A DNA stretch of 64,000 nt from Candidatus Heimdallarchaeota archaeon (GTDB lineage: Archaea > Asgardarchaeota > Heimdallarchaeia > Heimdallarchaeales > Heimdallarchaeaceae). Position numbers and translations under genes: made by a program. The stretch is from contig DXJF01000053.1 of the NCBI GenBank assembly GCA_019057375.1, positions 1-64,000 of the forward strand, in the 5' to 3' direction. Positions 9,101 to 17,620 of this stretch are shown piece by piece (the stretch's first letter is position 1; every line of letters begins with the position of its first letter). The notes beneath the pieces were generated by a model that saw nothing but the letters and a program-made list of their open reading frames with translations, made no database searches and was not told the DNA's origin.

Positions 9101-10885
9101 TCCATTTAGTTCTCCATTAGAGTTCCATTCAAACATTATCGTACCATTTATACCTGTGAGGGTAACTTCAATAATCTCTCCTCCTTGATAGTATGAATCG
9201 TCGTTAGCATTTCTCAATTCAACTAACAATGCATTAATATTTGATGTAAACCGATACTTAAGACTGATAGCATTCCCATAATTATCTATAGCAGAAACAT
9301 AGAGCAGGTGTTGACCAGAAGATTCAGGCAAATAAGTTCTATAGATGGTTCCATCAAATGGATACCAAGTGAAATTATCCCTAGTATCCCACTTATAGTA
9401 TGCTTGAACTACTCCTCCAGGATCTGTGATATTAACATCTATACCTTTTCCAGCTGGTTGTAGGGTATTATTAACTAAATTGACAAGCTCAATATTAGGC
9501 GTTGTCCCATCAAATTCAAAAACATAAAAGAATACTTCAGTACCAAAATCATCGAATGTTCTAATCGTGAGATTGTGCAAACCTGAGAATGCTGGTGCAA
9601 TTATTTCATATTCTGGTGACGTTAAATTCGTTTGCGTTCCACTTAGATCCCATTCATAAGTAGCATAATCTATACTAAAGACATTAAAATCTATTATATC
9701 TCCCTCACCAATTACAGAATTGTTGTTTGGGCTTTGAAGAACTACATTGATTGTTGATACATCGTAACCAATTTGATAAATTAAGGTTTCATTATTGTTA
9801 TATTCATCTAATGCGCGTATTTCTAGATTATGCCATCCCATAGTAAATGGTAAATTTGTGGTTGTTGAAGTGTCAAAACTTGTGAATGATCCAAAATCCC
9901 ATCTGTAAGCGCTATCTACAGCTCCAGATACATCAATTGAAATGGTTTTGTTTTCTTGATAAACTGTATTATTTGCAAAACCAGAAACAGAAATATCTGG
10001 GTAAGAAGAATCAAACATTTTAAACTGAACACCTAGCAAATAATCTGTTTTAGCAATATTATAATTATTTGAGTACTCACCATCATTAATACTCCAAACT
10101 AAATTTCCAGGACCTTGATCTCCTGCTAAAAGATACATTCTTCCAGTTCTTTCTAGTGTTGAAAGTTTAGCTTCATAAACTATTTTGAGTCTGAAACCAG
10201 CAGGAATTGTAACAGGAGAACTTAAAGTTGAGCTATATGTTTTCTGTTGTGTGGACATCTGTTCGGGAAGAACATCTACTATAGACAATATTTCACTTGT
10301 GGAAGAATCTGTAGAATTGAAAAGTAAAAGTCTAATTCTGAAAGTAACTACTTGGGTTCCTTCTCCACTAGTAAAATCAGTGCTTAGGAAAGTCATAAAA
10401 TGAACTTTGCCATCAATATAGGTTTCATCTTCAAAAACAGGACTAAACATTGCAGATGCTGGATAGGGCCAATCTCTATCTTTTAAATAATAATAAGTCT
10501 CATTTTGATCAGGCCAAAGGTCTGGGTTTAATTGATAGCTACTATCGATTCTGTGATTAAGTAAATGAGGACTATCCCATCCTTCATCTTCTATATCCTC
10601 GTAAGTTACCCACTCTACAACTTCTCCATCAGAATCTATATCAATAAAATCTTCTTGCGAAAAGAATCCTCTCAATTGATAATCTCCAGGAGTTTCTATT
10701 TTCTTAATCTTGTAATTTAACACTTCATCAGGTGTTTCTAATTCCTTCTCATCAATTGTGTCAGAGACATTATCGAAAAAACTATCTTCTTCTATCTCTG
10801 ATATTGTCGGTACATAATATATAGATGAACTTAAACATACTAAAATTAATAAAATAGAATATGCTGATGAAGCTTTCTTCTGCAT
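6194..10885 (-). CDS. 1563-aa single-pass surface protein: signal peptide, Ig-like beta repeats, TM helix, cytoplasmic uDENN/longin-like domain
   Basis: hydrophobic N-terminus; recurring YxWD...GxHxLxIxxxD units rich in N/T/D/S; TM WLLYVIIGGSVLALAIVSFIVY; tail with IFDQRRGAVP and KARGG. Confidence 0.8.
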   Translation of the reverse strand: MQKKASSAYSILLILVCLSSSIYYVPTISEIEEDSFFDNVSDTIDEKELETPDEVLNYKIKKIETPGDYQLRGFFSQEDFIDIDSDGEVVEWVTYEDIEDEGWDSPHLLNHRIDSSYQLNPDLWPDQNETYYYLKDRDWPYPASAMFSPVFEDETYIDGKVHFMTFLSTDFTSGEGTQVVTFRIRLLLFNSTDSSTSEILSIVDVLPEQMSTQQKTYSSTLSSPVTIPAGFRLKIVYEAKLSTLERTGRMYLLAGDQGPGNLVWSINDGEYSNNYNIAKTDYLLGVQFKMFDSSYPDISVSGFANNTVYQENKTISIDVSGAVDSAYRWDFGSFTSFDTSTTTNLPFTMGWHNLEIRALDEYNNNETLIYQIGYDVSTINVVLQSPNNNSVIGEGDIIDFNVFSIDYATYEWDLSGTQTNLTSPEYEIIAPAFSGLHNLTIRTFDDFGTEVFFYVFEFDGTTPNIELVNLVNNTLQPAGKGIDVNITDPGGVVQAYYKWDTRDNFTWYPFDGTIYRTYLPESSGQHLLYVSAIDNYGNAISLKYRFTSNINALLVELRNANDDSYYQGGEIIEVTLTGINGTIMFEWNSNGELNGTKDAYYFNSTLFLNETNVLPDFPVGEHYLTIRTFDTFDEEHVFLFKFTLDQEAPEILTSKDEYNNKRFLNSDVLEFTFNDNFTSLSQLDVIMSIDGIENQTLIYPHEFDLLELLDGTYNLTLFVSDIANNYATISFIITIDTLAPTIEILSIDALVEAHGIYYIPADSLVTVSILDDDSQILSTFSWVGSVYDNFTDSFILNFVDGTSTLYINASDSLGNEAAIIPIVLTIDSQEPEVELDSETITEFTKINNITTISLLVEDISEHTLKTVKYSWDALPGFWQNLYPSILGEVDLEGPVEVLYSNGSIALLSIFAEDIVGNNQTYSFSFIIDIEPPNFDAFIYDEDLTQWVEINNVDLYAIRGNAEIWFTNISSDYYTSFYYWDIEEDAPTNETTWIVNSPTSDGFHNLTITLNDNTGNLTSSNSIVKTFNFFIDDITIDVLDPIDLLSQTHQLSYKDTFNFTISIFDGLDNTSVSNLIWHNESLNNNLNLIVLNNTIDNITFEFSIYANNIGLTDLVFEFSQLGVKRHTMVVSLDIGRKEGSLTILENDVSILYGKSFKVNITLEDELLNELIIKNIYVNSQLVVFQDMGSNVYSFEFYPYLHGITKGDYTLLIKAESDFYYGETNDSFSFDYEVIPLTLILTVEASSLEIIEGSQLVLIASLTYQNGTPVQGLEIRFIIYIFYKSSVSNVYAANGNHDYIENLTDTTDTNGLASVSFEMTEEIDYITFSTSFEGDSIFDSIVKDSEEIIITIKPPVLASWLLYVIIGGSVLALAIVSFIVYRTVKSTPFEIILSKIQDQDVTMKLNELCPGGFLTIFDQRRGAVPIITEHSLGYEYGSRMTLEVENFILKVGDQAFSALGFEETIQGRRLGSITLPNESMLGYIHGIQLKNEKARGGFENLLITVLTDLEFGTLLLAYQEFLHSHIDQLKSLLVKKKPLEEIREQISQIRRQATKIILAAQELEK

Positions 10886-10969
10886 GAAATCCCCTTATAT
10901 AATAAATTATGTCATTTACTCTAATAAATCTTAATATACTCACAATAAAAACAGGGTAATTATTGATAT

Positions 10970-11512
10970 TCAGACGTCAATACTGCTTATTACTTCAAAG
11001 ATAGTTTCATCATAAATTGATGTTTGAAACATAACTGAATCAAACGTTTTACCTACATTAAAAGTACTTTTAATTTCATTGAGAATTTCAGATTTCTTTT
11101 CCTCTGCAACTAAATCAATTTTATGAGCTAAAATAGTGATTTTAGCATTATTGTTATACTCTAGAGCAAGTGAACATGCTTGGTTATAGTAATAAAGAGC
11201 TTTCAGAAAATGATGACGTTGTGAAGAATCAATAACAAAAATCAGATTTTTTACATCTGAATAAACACTTTCTTTAAAGTTTGAAAATGATTCTTCTAGA
11301 AATGGAATTTGTCCTCCAACTTCAAAAACACTAATAATTTTTCCTGAAAAATCTATTTTCTTCTTTTTAATACGTCCTGTTGCTTGATTCTTTAAAGTAG
11401 ACTCAGGTAGAATACCCTCAAAAACTACTTGAATAATTGATGTTTTTCCTGATTGTGAAAGTCCGACAAAAAGAATCTTTTCTACATGATCTTCTGTGCT
11501 TATGTAGTTCAT
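10970..11512 (-). CDS. Rag/Gtr1-like small GTPase, G-domain only
   Basis: G1 GLSQSGKT, switch I QATG, G3 FEVGGQ, G4 HKID, G5 TSIYDETI resembling RagA TSIWDET and RagC TSIYD. Confidence 0.85.
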   Translation of the reverse strand: MNYISTEDHVEKILFVGLSQSGKTSIIQVVFEGILPESTLKNQATGRIKKKKIDFSGKIISVFEVGGQIPFLEESFSNFKESVYSDVKNLIFVIDSSQRHHFLKALYYYNQACSLALEYNNNAKITILAHKIDLVAEEKKSEILNEIKSTFNVGKTFDSVMFQTSIYDETIFEVISSIDV

Positions 11513-11572
11513 CTTATCAATCCATTAGAATATTAATCAAAACAAAGAAATAAGTATTTTCATATTGACCCT

Positions 11573-11597
11573 AAAAATGGACTGGTTCTCCATTTTT
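11573..11597. repeat. 9-bp inverted repeat (hairpin or operator)
   Basis: AAAAATGGA-N7-TCCATTTTT in the divergent intergenic region upstream of the GTPase. Confidence 0.6.
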
Positions 11598-11647
11598 TGG
11601 TAACATATTAGGTTTCATAACAAAAATTAATTATGTTAACATGAAAA

Positions 11648-11875
11648 GTGGCTTCTCTTAGGGTTAGAATACACAGGATAGTGTCTTGGTCTTTGGTTGA
11701 GTCTTTCTTTGCTACGATTATAACTGGATATGGAATGACACAGAATTGGTTCAAGAATCATTATCAAGTATCAAAAATTCTTAGATGGATAGATATCTTG
11801 GTTTTTAATTCATGCCTTCTCATCTACAAGTATCTGATTTTCAGAAATTTTATTGGTTTTCAGAATACTATATAA
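11648..11875 (+). CDS. small membrane protein, possibly a degenerate remnant
   Basis: 75-aa ORF with GTG start; hydrophobic segment HRIVSWSLV...IITGYG; C-terminal half is a poor fit to a TM helix. Confidence 0.3.
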   Translation: MASLRVRIHRIVSWSLVESFFATIITGYGMTQNWFKNHYQVSKILRWIDILVFNSCLLIYKYLIFRNFIGFQNTI

Positions 11876-11914
11876 GCAAGGAATCCTATGTATACACTAC
11901 TGCATTCATAAGAG

Positions 11915-12487
11915 ATGGATTCAATGAGTGATGAAGAAAAGCCAAAAAAGCTTGTTTTTCAGTTTGATACTACCAGTATTCTAGACATTGTAGGAAAATG
12001 GTTTGAATCTAAGATGATCCATTATAGTGATGAAATGTTCAGTGATTACTATGAACATGTTAAAGGGAGACTTCTAACAAGTGAAAGTTTCAACGATTAT
12101 CTCTTACTCAGGGTTAATGAGCTAATTTTCAAACTATTAGGAGACTACCATGGAAAGAAGAAAGAGACTTACAAAGATGTGGCAGAGGAAGAGGATGAAC
12201 TGGTCCCTCAGTGGTTCTTAACTGAAAGATATAATGAAATTCAAGAAATGTTTTCATCAAAATTCTTCAAACATTCATTTACAGAAGTAGACATTGAGTA
12301 TGATAGTGCGATGAAAATATTCAATGCAACCCTTTATTTAGAGAAGGAAATTGATAGTAGTAGCTATGAAATTCTTTTGAACGATGTTCGCTCATATCTA
12401 AAAAATAGAATAACCTTATTGAATTTCAATCATGGAAAAGTTCTAGGTCCTAATATTCTAGAGATTACTTTTGGAATTGATTGGTAA
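11915..12487 (+). CDS. hypothetical protein, acidic
   Basis: 190-aa ORF with normal codon pattern; no recognisable motif. Confidence 0.75.
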   Translation: MDSMSDEEKPKKLVFQFDTTSILDIVGKWFESKMIHYSDEMFSDYYEHVKGRLLTSESFNDYLLLRVNELIFKLLGDYHGKKKETYKDVAEEEDELVPQWFLTERYNEIQEMFSSKFFKHSFTEVDIEYDSAMKIFNATLYLEKEIDSSSYEILLNDVRSYLKNRITLLNFNHGKVLGPNILEITFGIDW

Positions 12488-12493
12488 TTTAGA

Positions 12494-13570
12494 TTACGTT
12501 TCCATGAAATTATTGGGTTTTTTTTCCGTTTCTTTAGCGTTAATGAATGATAATGTTGATACTGTAACTAGTAAAATAATAGCTCCTGCACCTTGGTACC
12601 AATTAAGAGTTGCTCCTAGGAAGATAAAATTTACTAAAATGGCCAACAAAGGAAAAGCTAATTCTGCTAAACCAGCAATGGTTGCTTTTGATCTTCTAAG
12701 ACCGTAATAATATAAGGCTAAAGGTAATATTCCTCCAGTAAATATAGTTGAGAAAAGGATACATACAATCATAGGCCATTGCCAGCTCCATGGTCCAAAA
12801 ACACTCACAGATTGACCGAGCATGCCATAGTAATCTTTGTTGTAAGTAAATAAAGCTATATTGAAGATTAGTAGAAATAGAAATCCACCGACATAACGGA
12901 GCAAGGTCAAATCCCAATAATCTACTTTCTTTGTCAAGATTCTACCAAAAACTGTTGAACCTCCCCAAAGAGTTGCTGCTATTAAGGAGCACAAAATGGC
13001 TATTAAACCAGAATAATCGAAGGTTTGTGTACTTGTGATTATGTCTGGAGTTACAATTAGTCCTATTCCAACTAAAGATAAGACTAAAGCTCCCCAAAAC
13101 CATTTGGTTGGTCTTTCTTTAAGTATAAAATAAGCAAAAATAAAAGTAATCAATGGTTGAGCTTTTTGTAATAAAATAGCAATTGTTGGATTGCCTAATG
13201 CGAATGAAATTAAGAAGAAAAACAGACCAAGTGCTGAACCTCCTACTGAGATGAAAATAACAGAAAACCATTCAAGTTTAGTGAAACTCTTCATTGCTTC
13301 TTTCAGTTTTCCAAACCCACGTGTGAAGAGTAATATTGGAAACAAAATAAATAATCCCAAGAAATGTTCTAAAAGTGTAACAAATGATGACATTCTTGGA
13401 AATGCCATTGTACCTTTTAATCCTGTAGTTCCTAAGAAAGGAGCTCTAAAGAGAACAGGATATCTTACTGGTGCATCAAATGCTCTAGCAGCATTTGCTA
13501 GAGATACAAACGCTGGACCAATTTTTTTTAATATGGGTTCATCAGTTTTTGACATCTGTTTACAGCTCAA
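12494..13570 (-). CDS. EamA/DMT family transporter
   Basis: two roughly 5-TM repeats; LLQKAQPLIT, LWGGSTVFGR, ELAFPLLAIL. Confidence 0.9.
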   Translation of the reverse strand: MSCKQMSKTDEPILKKIGPAFVSLANAARAFDAPVRYPVLFRAPFLGTTGLKGTMAFPRMSSFVTLLEHFLGLFILFPILLFTRGFGKLKEAMKSFTKLEWFSVIFISVGGSALGLFFFLISFALGNPTIAILLQKAQPLITFIFAYFILKERPTKWFWGALVLSLVGIGLIVTPDIITSTQTFDYSGLIAILCSLIAATLWGGSTVFGRILTKKVDYWDLTLLRYVGGFLFLLIFNIALFTYNKDYYGMLGQSVSVFGPWSWQWPMIVCILFSTIFTGGILPLALYYYGLRRSKATIAGLAELAFPLLAILVNFIFLGATLNWYQGAGAIILLVTVSTLSFINAKETEKKPNNFMET

Positions 13571-13661
13571 TTATCACATTATATCTTTATGAGACATTAT
13601 ACGAAAATAGCATCTCATTTTTAAGTTTTGTTTTCCATATATGGGTAGTCGAATTTTGTTA

Positions 13662-15389
13662 TTATTTTTGAACTATGATTTTCTCATATATTTCCTGATA
13701 CATAAAAACCAATGATTCAGTAGTTAGTTCTTTTTCAAACATTCTTCGCATCTTATTTTCAGGTTTTCTTCTTTGGATTAGTTTAACGATTCTAACATAA
13801 AGAGATTTCCAGAATGGCCAAAGAGTAACAAGTTTAATCAAGAATAATAGGAATTTAAGGAAATATTTACCAAATGATAGAAAGAATTTCTTGAAACTAA
13901 AATCCAAATCTTCTTTGAAACTAAATTCTTTACCCTTTTGTTTTACTGATTGATATGTTTCTATTAAATTCTCCTTAATTTCCGAGTACCTTTTACCAAT
14001 GTATTTATGGATCTGAATAGTACCCTTAGAGAAAATAGTTTTTACTAAAGTAAAAAGCAAGTGTTTGATGTATAACAAAACAGCTAGAATAATCAGTAGA
14101 AATGGCATTAAGATTGCCAGTAAAGATACTCCAATAGACTTTAAAATAATAACAAATTTTGGTAGAGGTCTGTAGATATCTTCAAGGTATTGTTCAGCTC
14201 CAAGAGCTAAGGAAATGGCAAGTTTATTGGATTCTATATCTGCCATAATTTGATTATATTTTTCTTCTTGTTGGTTAATTCCTTTTAATGCTCCTGTTAT
14301 AAGAATTGATTTAATAGTTTCTTCTTTAAGTCCCTCTTTCTTTCTTTTTCTATTTAGCGTATAGAATACTTCTTCAGCTTCCTCAACAGTTAATCTGTTT
14401 CTTATTGCAAATCTTTCTAAAGCTTCATTTCTTCTCCATGGGACAATTGACTCTTCTTTAGCCCAAATTAGTAAAGCGAAGGTTCTGGATGTAGAATCTT
14501 TTACTTTCGCTAAATCAAATTCTGATAGAGGGATATCGATTTTCTTGAGAAGTTTTTCAAGCTCTTTTTTCGATCTGTCAGGAACGTGTTTAGTATCTAG
14601 GGCTAACAGACCTTCGACTTTTTTCTTCACTTCATCTAGCTCTATTTTAATATCAAGCTTGAATTCATCAAAGGTTTCACTAGAAATTGGTGGTGAAGAA
14701 AGAAAAGAAAAGGAGGATCTTGCAGCATAATAAGGAATAGCAAAAATATTTTCTAGATCTTGGTAGATTGAAGCCCATCTGTAAGCTCCCATCTTCAATA
14801 GATATTTACTTGAGTTGTGAAAAACAACATAAATAGGTCCAAATAAGGTTACTACCCAGGAAATTAAGAGCATTAATGTACCTAATAACATAATACTTAC
14901 TACGGGAGGTAAATAATTATTAAGATATCCTACAAGTCCTTTTCCCCAGATAATTGTAGGGATTAGAACTAAAATAATAGGCGATATTCCCATGCTCATT
15001 GCTTGACCGATAGTTCTACGTAAAGGATAAGCTTTCATAACTTTCTGGCCTCTTAATTCAAGTTCATCAAGCTCATTTGCAACTTCGGATATCTCTTTTG
15101 ATTTCTTGCCTGCCATTATTTCAGATATTGGAAGGGTGATTTTTCTCATCATATTGAAGAATGGAACATATTCTCGTAAAGCTTTTGGTATAAAAATATC
15201 AAAAACTACTATCGCAAACTTTGCACCAATAGAAATCATAGAAATAAGGAAAGCAATAATTGAAAATGAAATCTTTCTGTCTTTAGATTCTTCCTTCAAA
15301 GCTTCTTTATCTACTTCTTCTCCTTTGACATCTTCTTCTTGTTCTTCCAAAATTTCCTTTGATTCACCCTTATTTTCTGAAGAAGCCAT
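13662..15389 (-). CDS. uncharacterised membrane protein, paralogue 1 of a 3-member family
   Basis: PKALREYVP, AYPLRR, FGPIY..FH, MGAYRW, LENIFAIPY and ESLVFMYQEIYEK shared with 15448-17619 and 36233-37948; several TM segments. Confidence 0.85.
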   Translation of the reverse strand: MASSENKGESKEILEEQEEDVKGEEVDKEALKEESKDRKISFSIIAFLISMISIGAKFAIVVFDIFIPKALREYVPFFNMMRKITLPISEIMAGKKSKEISEVANELDELELRGQKVMKAYPLRRTIGQAMSMGISPIILVLIPTIIWGKGLVGYLNNYLPPVVSIMLLGTLMLLISWVVTLFGPIYVVFHNSSKYLLKMGAYRWASIYQDLENIFAIPYYAARSSFSFLSSPPISSETFDEFKLDIKIELDEVKKKVEGLLALDTKHVPDRSKKELEKLLKKIDIPLSEFDLAKVKDSTSRTFALLIWAKEESIVPWRRNEALERFAIRNRLTVEEAEEVFYTLNRKRKKEGLKEETIKSILITGALKGINQQEEKYNQIMADIESNKLAISLALGAEQYLEDIYRPLPKFVIILKSIGVSLLAILMPFLLIILAVLLYIKHLLFTLVKTIFSKGTIQIHKYIGKRYSEIKENLIETYQSVKQKGKEFSFKEDLDFSFKKFFLSFGKYFLKFLLFLIKLVTLWPFWKSLYVRIVKLIQRRKPENKMRRMFEKELTTESLVFMYQEIYEKIIVQK

Positions 15390-15447
15390 TATTATATAAT
15401 CACTTATACAAATTTTAAAGTTGTGAAACTATCAATTGATGAAAGAA

Positions 15448-17619
15448 TTATTCTAATTTTGAAAGTAGTAAATCTGTTATTAGTAACTTATCATAAATTT
15501 CTTCATACATTGCTATCAAAGATTCTGTGGTTAACTCTCTTTCAAAATCTCTTTTCTGTATTTCTTCAATACTTCTTCTTGTCCATATTCGGCTGATAAA
15601 GCTATAAATTCCTTTCAAAAATAACCAGATAATCATTGGAATGAGCTTAATCAAAAATTTGAAACCTTTTTTAAAGATTTCAGCAAAATCAATATTCAAA
15701 TCTCTTTTCCAACTGAATGTTTTTCCTCGTTTCTGAACGTTATCATAGGTTGTGGTTAATGTTTCAGATATTTCCTTAAATCTTTGAGAGAAGAATTTGA
15801 TTATTTTTCTTGTACCTATAGAAATTATTGCTCTAAATGAATAAATAATTACATGTCTAATATATTTATAGAAAATGTATAACAGCATTCCAAAGGGCAT
15901 AAAAGGCGCAATAAGAGAAATTCCCAATTTCTGTCCTAATTTTCTATACCAAGGTCTATAGGTAAATTCATCCTTGATAAACTGTTGAGCACCAAGAGCT
16001 AATGCAATTGCTAATTTATTATATTCAACATCTGGCATTATTTGTTTGTATTTTACTTGCTGTTTTGCAACTCCCTTAAGGGCTCCTGTAATAAGAACAG
16101 ATGAAAAAAGGTCGTAGCTTATATACCCTTCCTCTATTTTTGTAAGAATCACTTTGAATGCTTTTTCAACTTCTTTTCGACTCATATTATTCTTCTTTGC
16201 AAATCCTGCTTTAGCTTCTTGTCTCATCCATGGAAAAATAGAGGATTCTTTAGACCAGATAATTAAAGCAAAAGTCCTTCCAGTTTGCTTAGTTATTTTT
16301 GAAATATCTAACTCATTTAATGATAATTCAGCTTCAGTTAGTAGTTTTTCTAAGTTATTTTTCGACCTTTCCGGAACGTTTCTTGGATCAAGAGAAAGAA
16401 GCTGTTGAACTTTTTGTTTCATAGCATCTACTTCCTCCATAATTTCTAATCTAAAATCCACCAACGTTTCCGTAGATACTGGTGGAGCATCAAAGAAGCT
16501 GAAAGAGGATTTTGCAGCATGGTAGGGTAAAGAGAAGAAGTTTTCTAAAGTTCTGTAAATGTTTGCCCAGCGATATGCTCCCCATCTCATAAGATATAAG
16601 CTGCATTGATGGAATAAAGCGTAAATAGGACCAAAAATTGTAGCAATCCAGGAAACAACAAGTAATCCTGTTCCAAAGAGAGTAATTGTCCAGATAGGTT
16701 TAATATTAAACCAATATTCAAATACATATAGTAAATCAAGATATCTTAAATAGTTGGGAGAACCTAAAGGACCGAGAGTAGACAATTGCTCAAATGTAAA
16801 GAAAAAGATAGCATAGCCAATACGGAATATCCTGACAACAAGTGTAGGGATTGCAATTATAATAATCGGAGTTCCAATCGCTACATTGATTACTTCACCA
16901 AACGCTCTCCTAATAGGATAAGCTTTCATCATTCTTTGTTCTCTTAGAACTATTTCGTCCAATTCCTGCGAAACTTCTAGAATTTCTTTAGATTTTTTAC
17001 CAGAAAGAAAATTAGCAACTGTTACAGCATATTTTCTGTACATCTGAAGCAAGGGGACTAATTCTCTTAAACCTCTGGGAACAATTATGTCAAATAATAT
17101 TAGACTTAACTTTCCAAAAGCTGTAACAATAGTGAAAAGAACTGCTAGAATAATGAATGAAATTTTAATCAATTCAGGGAATACCTTGACTTCTAAAGTT
17201 TGCCAAAAAGCTTTCAATTTCTTTATAGTATATTTTCTTAGTTTGGGAGGGTATATTATATAGAAGAAAATCTTCAGAAATTTTAAAATAGGCCAGATAA
17301 AAATGTAGTATTCAAGCAGGAGTAAGAATCCAATCGGAGTATAGTAGTGAAAAACATATTCATTCAGAAAAATCCATAATTCCTTACTTTTGATTTTGAA
17401 CCAAATCCAAAATTTTCCAGCCCCCTTTTGTAGTTTTTCTTGAAATGAAATGGAAGTTTTTTTTATTTTTTCAATTTGTTTGAATCCAAATTCTTTGATC
17501 CGCGAAGAAAAACCTATCTTTTTTCGTTCATCAATTTCAATTGTTGGTTTTTCCTTGTTTGACATTTCAAAACCCTTTCTTACTAAATCAATGATTCTTC
17601 TGTTAGATTTTTTACTCAA
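15448..17619 (-). CDS. uncharacterised membrane protein, paralogue 2 (longer N-terminus and loop)
   Basis: PRGLRELVP, AYPIRR, FGPIYALFH, WGAYRW, LENFFSLPY, ESLIAMYEEIYDK. Confidence 0.85.
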   Translation of the reverse strand: MSKKSNRRIIDLVRKGFEMSNKEKPTIEIDERKKIGFSSRIKEFGFKQIEKIKKTSISFQEKLQKGAGKFWIWFKIKSKELWIFLNEYVFHYYTPIGFLLLLEYYIFIWPILKFLKIFFYIIYPPKLRKYTIKKLKAFWQTLEVKVFPELIKISFIILAVLFTIVTAFGKLSLILFDIIVPRGLRELVPLLQMYRKYAVTVANFLSGKKSKEILEVSQELDEIVLREQRMMKAYPIRRAFGEVINVAIGTPIIIIAIPTLVVRIFRIGYAIFFFTFEQLSTLGPLGSPNYLRYLDLLYVFEYWFNIKPIWTITLFGTGLLVVSWIATIFGPIYALFHQCSLYLMRWGAYRWANIYRTLENFFSLPYHAAKSSFSFFDAPPVSTETLVDFRLEIMEEVDAMKQKVQQLLSLDPRNVPERSKNNLEKLLTEAELSLNELDISKITKQTGRTFALIIWSKESSIFPWMRQEAKAGFAKKNNMSRKEVEKAFKVILTKIEEGYISYDLFSSVLITGALKGVAKQQVKYKQIMPDVEYNKLAIALALGAQQFIKDEFTYRPWYRKLGQKLGISLIAPFMPFGMLLYIFYKYIRHVIIYSFRAIISIGTRKIIKFFSQRFKEISETLTTTYDNVQKRGKTFSWKRDLNIDFAEIFKKGFKFLIKLIPMIIWLFLKGIYSFISRIWTRRSIEEIQKRDFERELTTESLIAMYEEIYDKLLITDLLLSKLE

Positions 17620-17620
17620 G

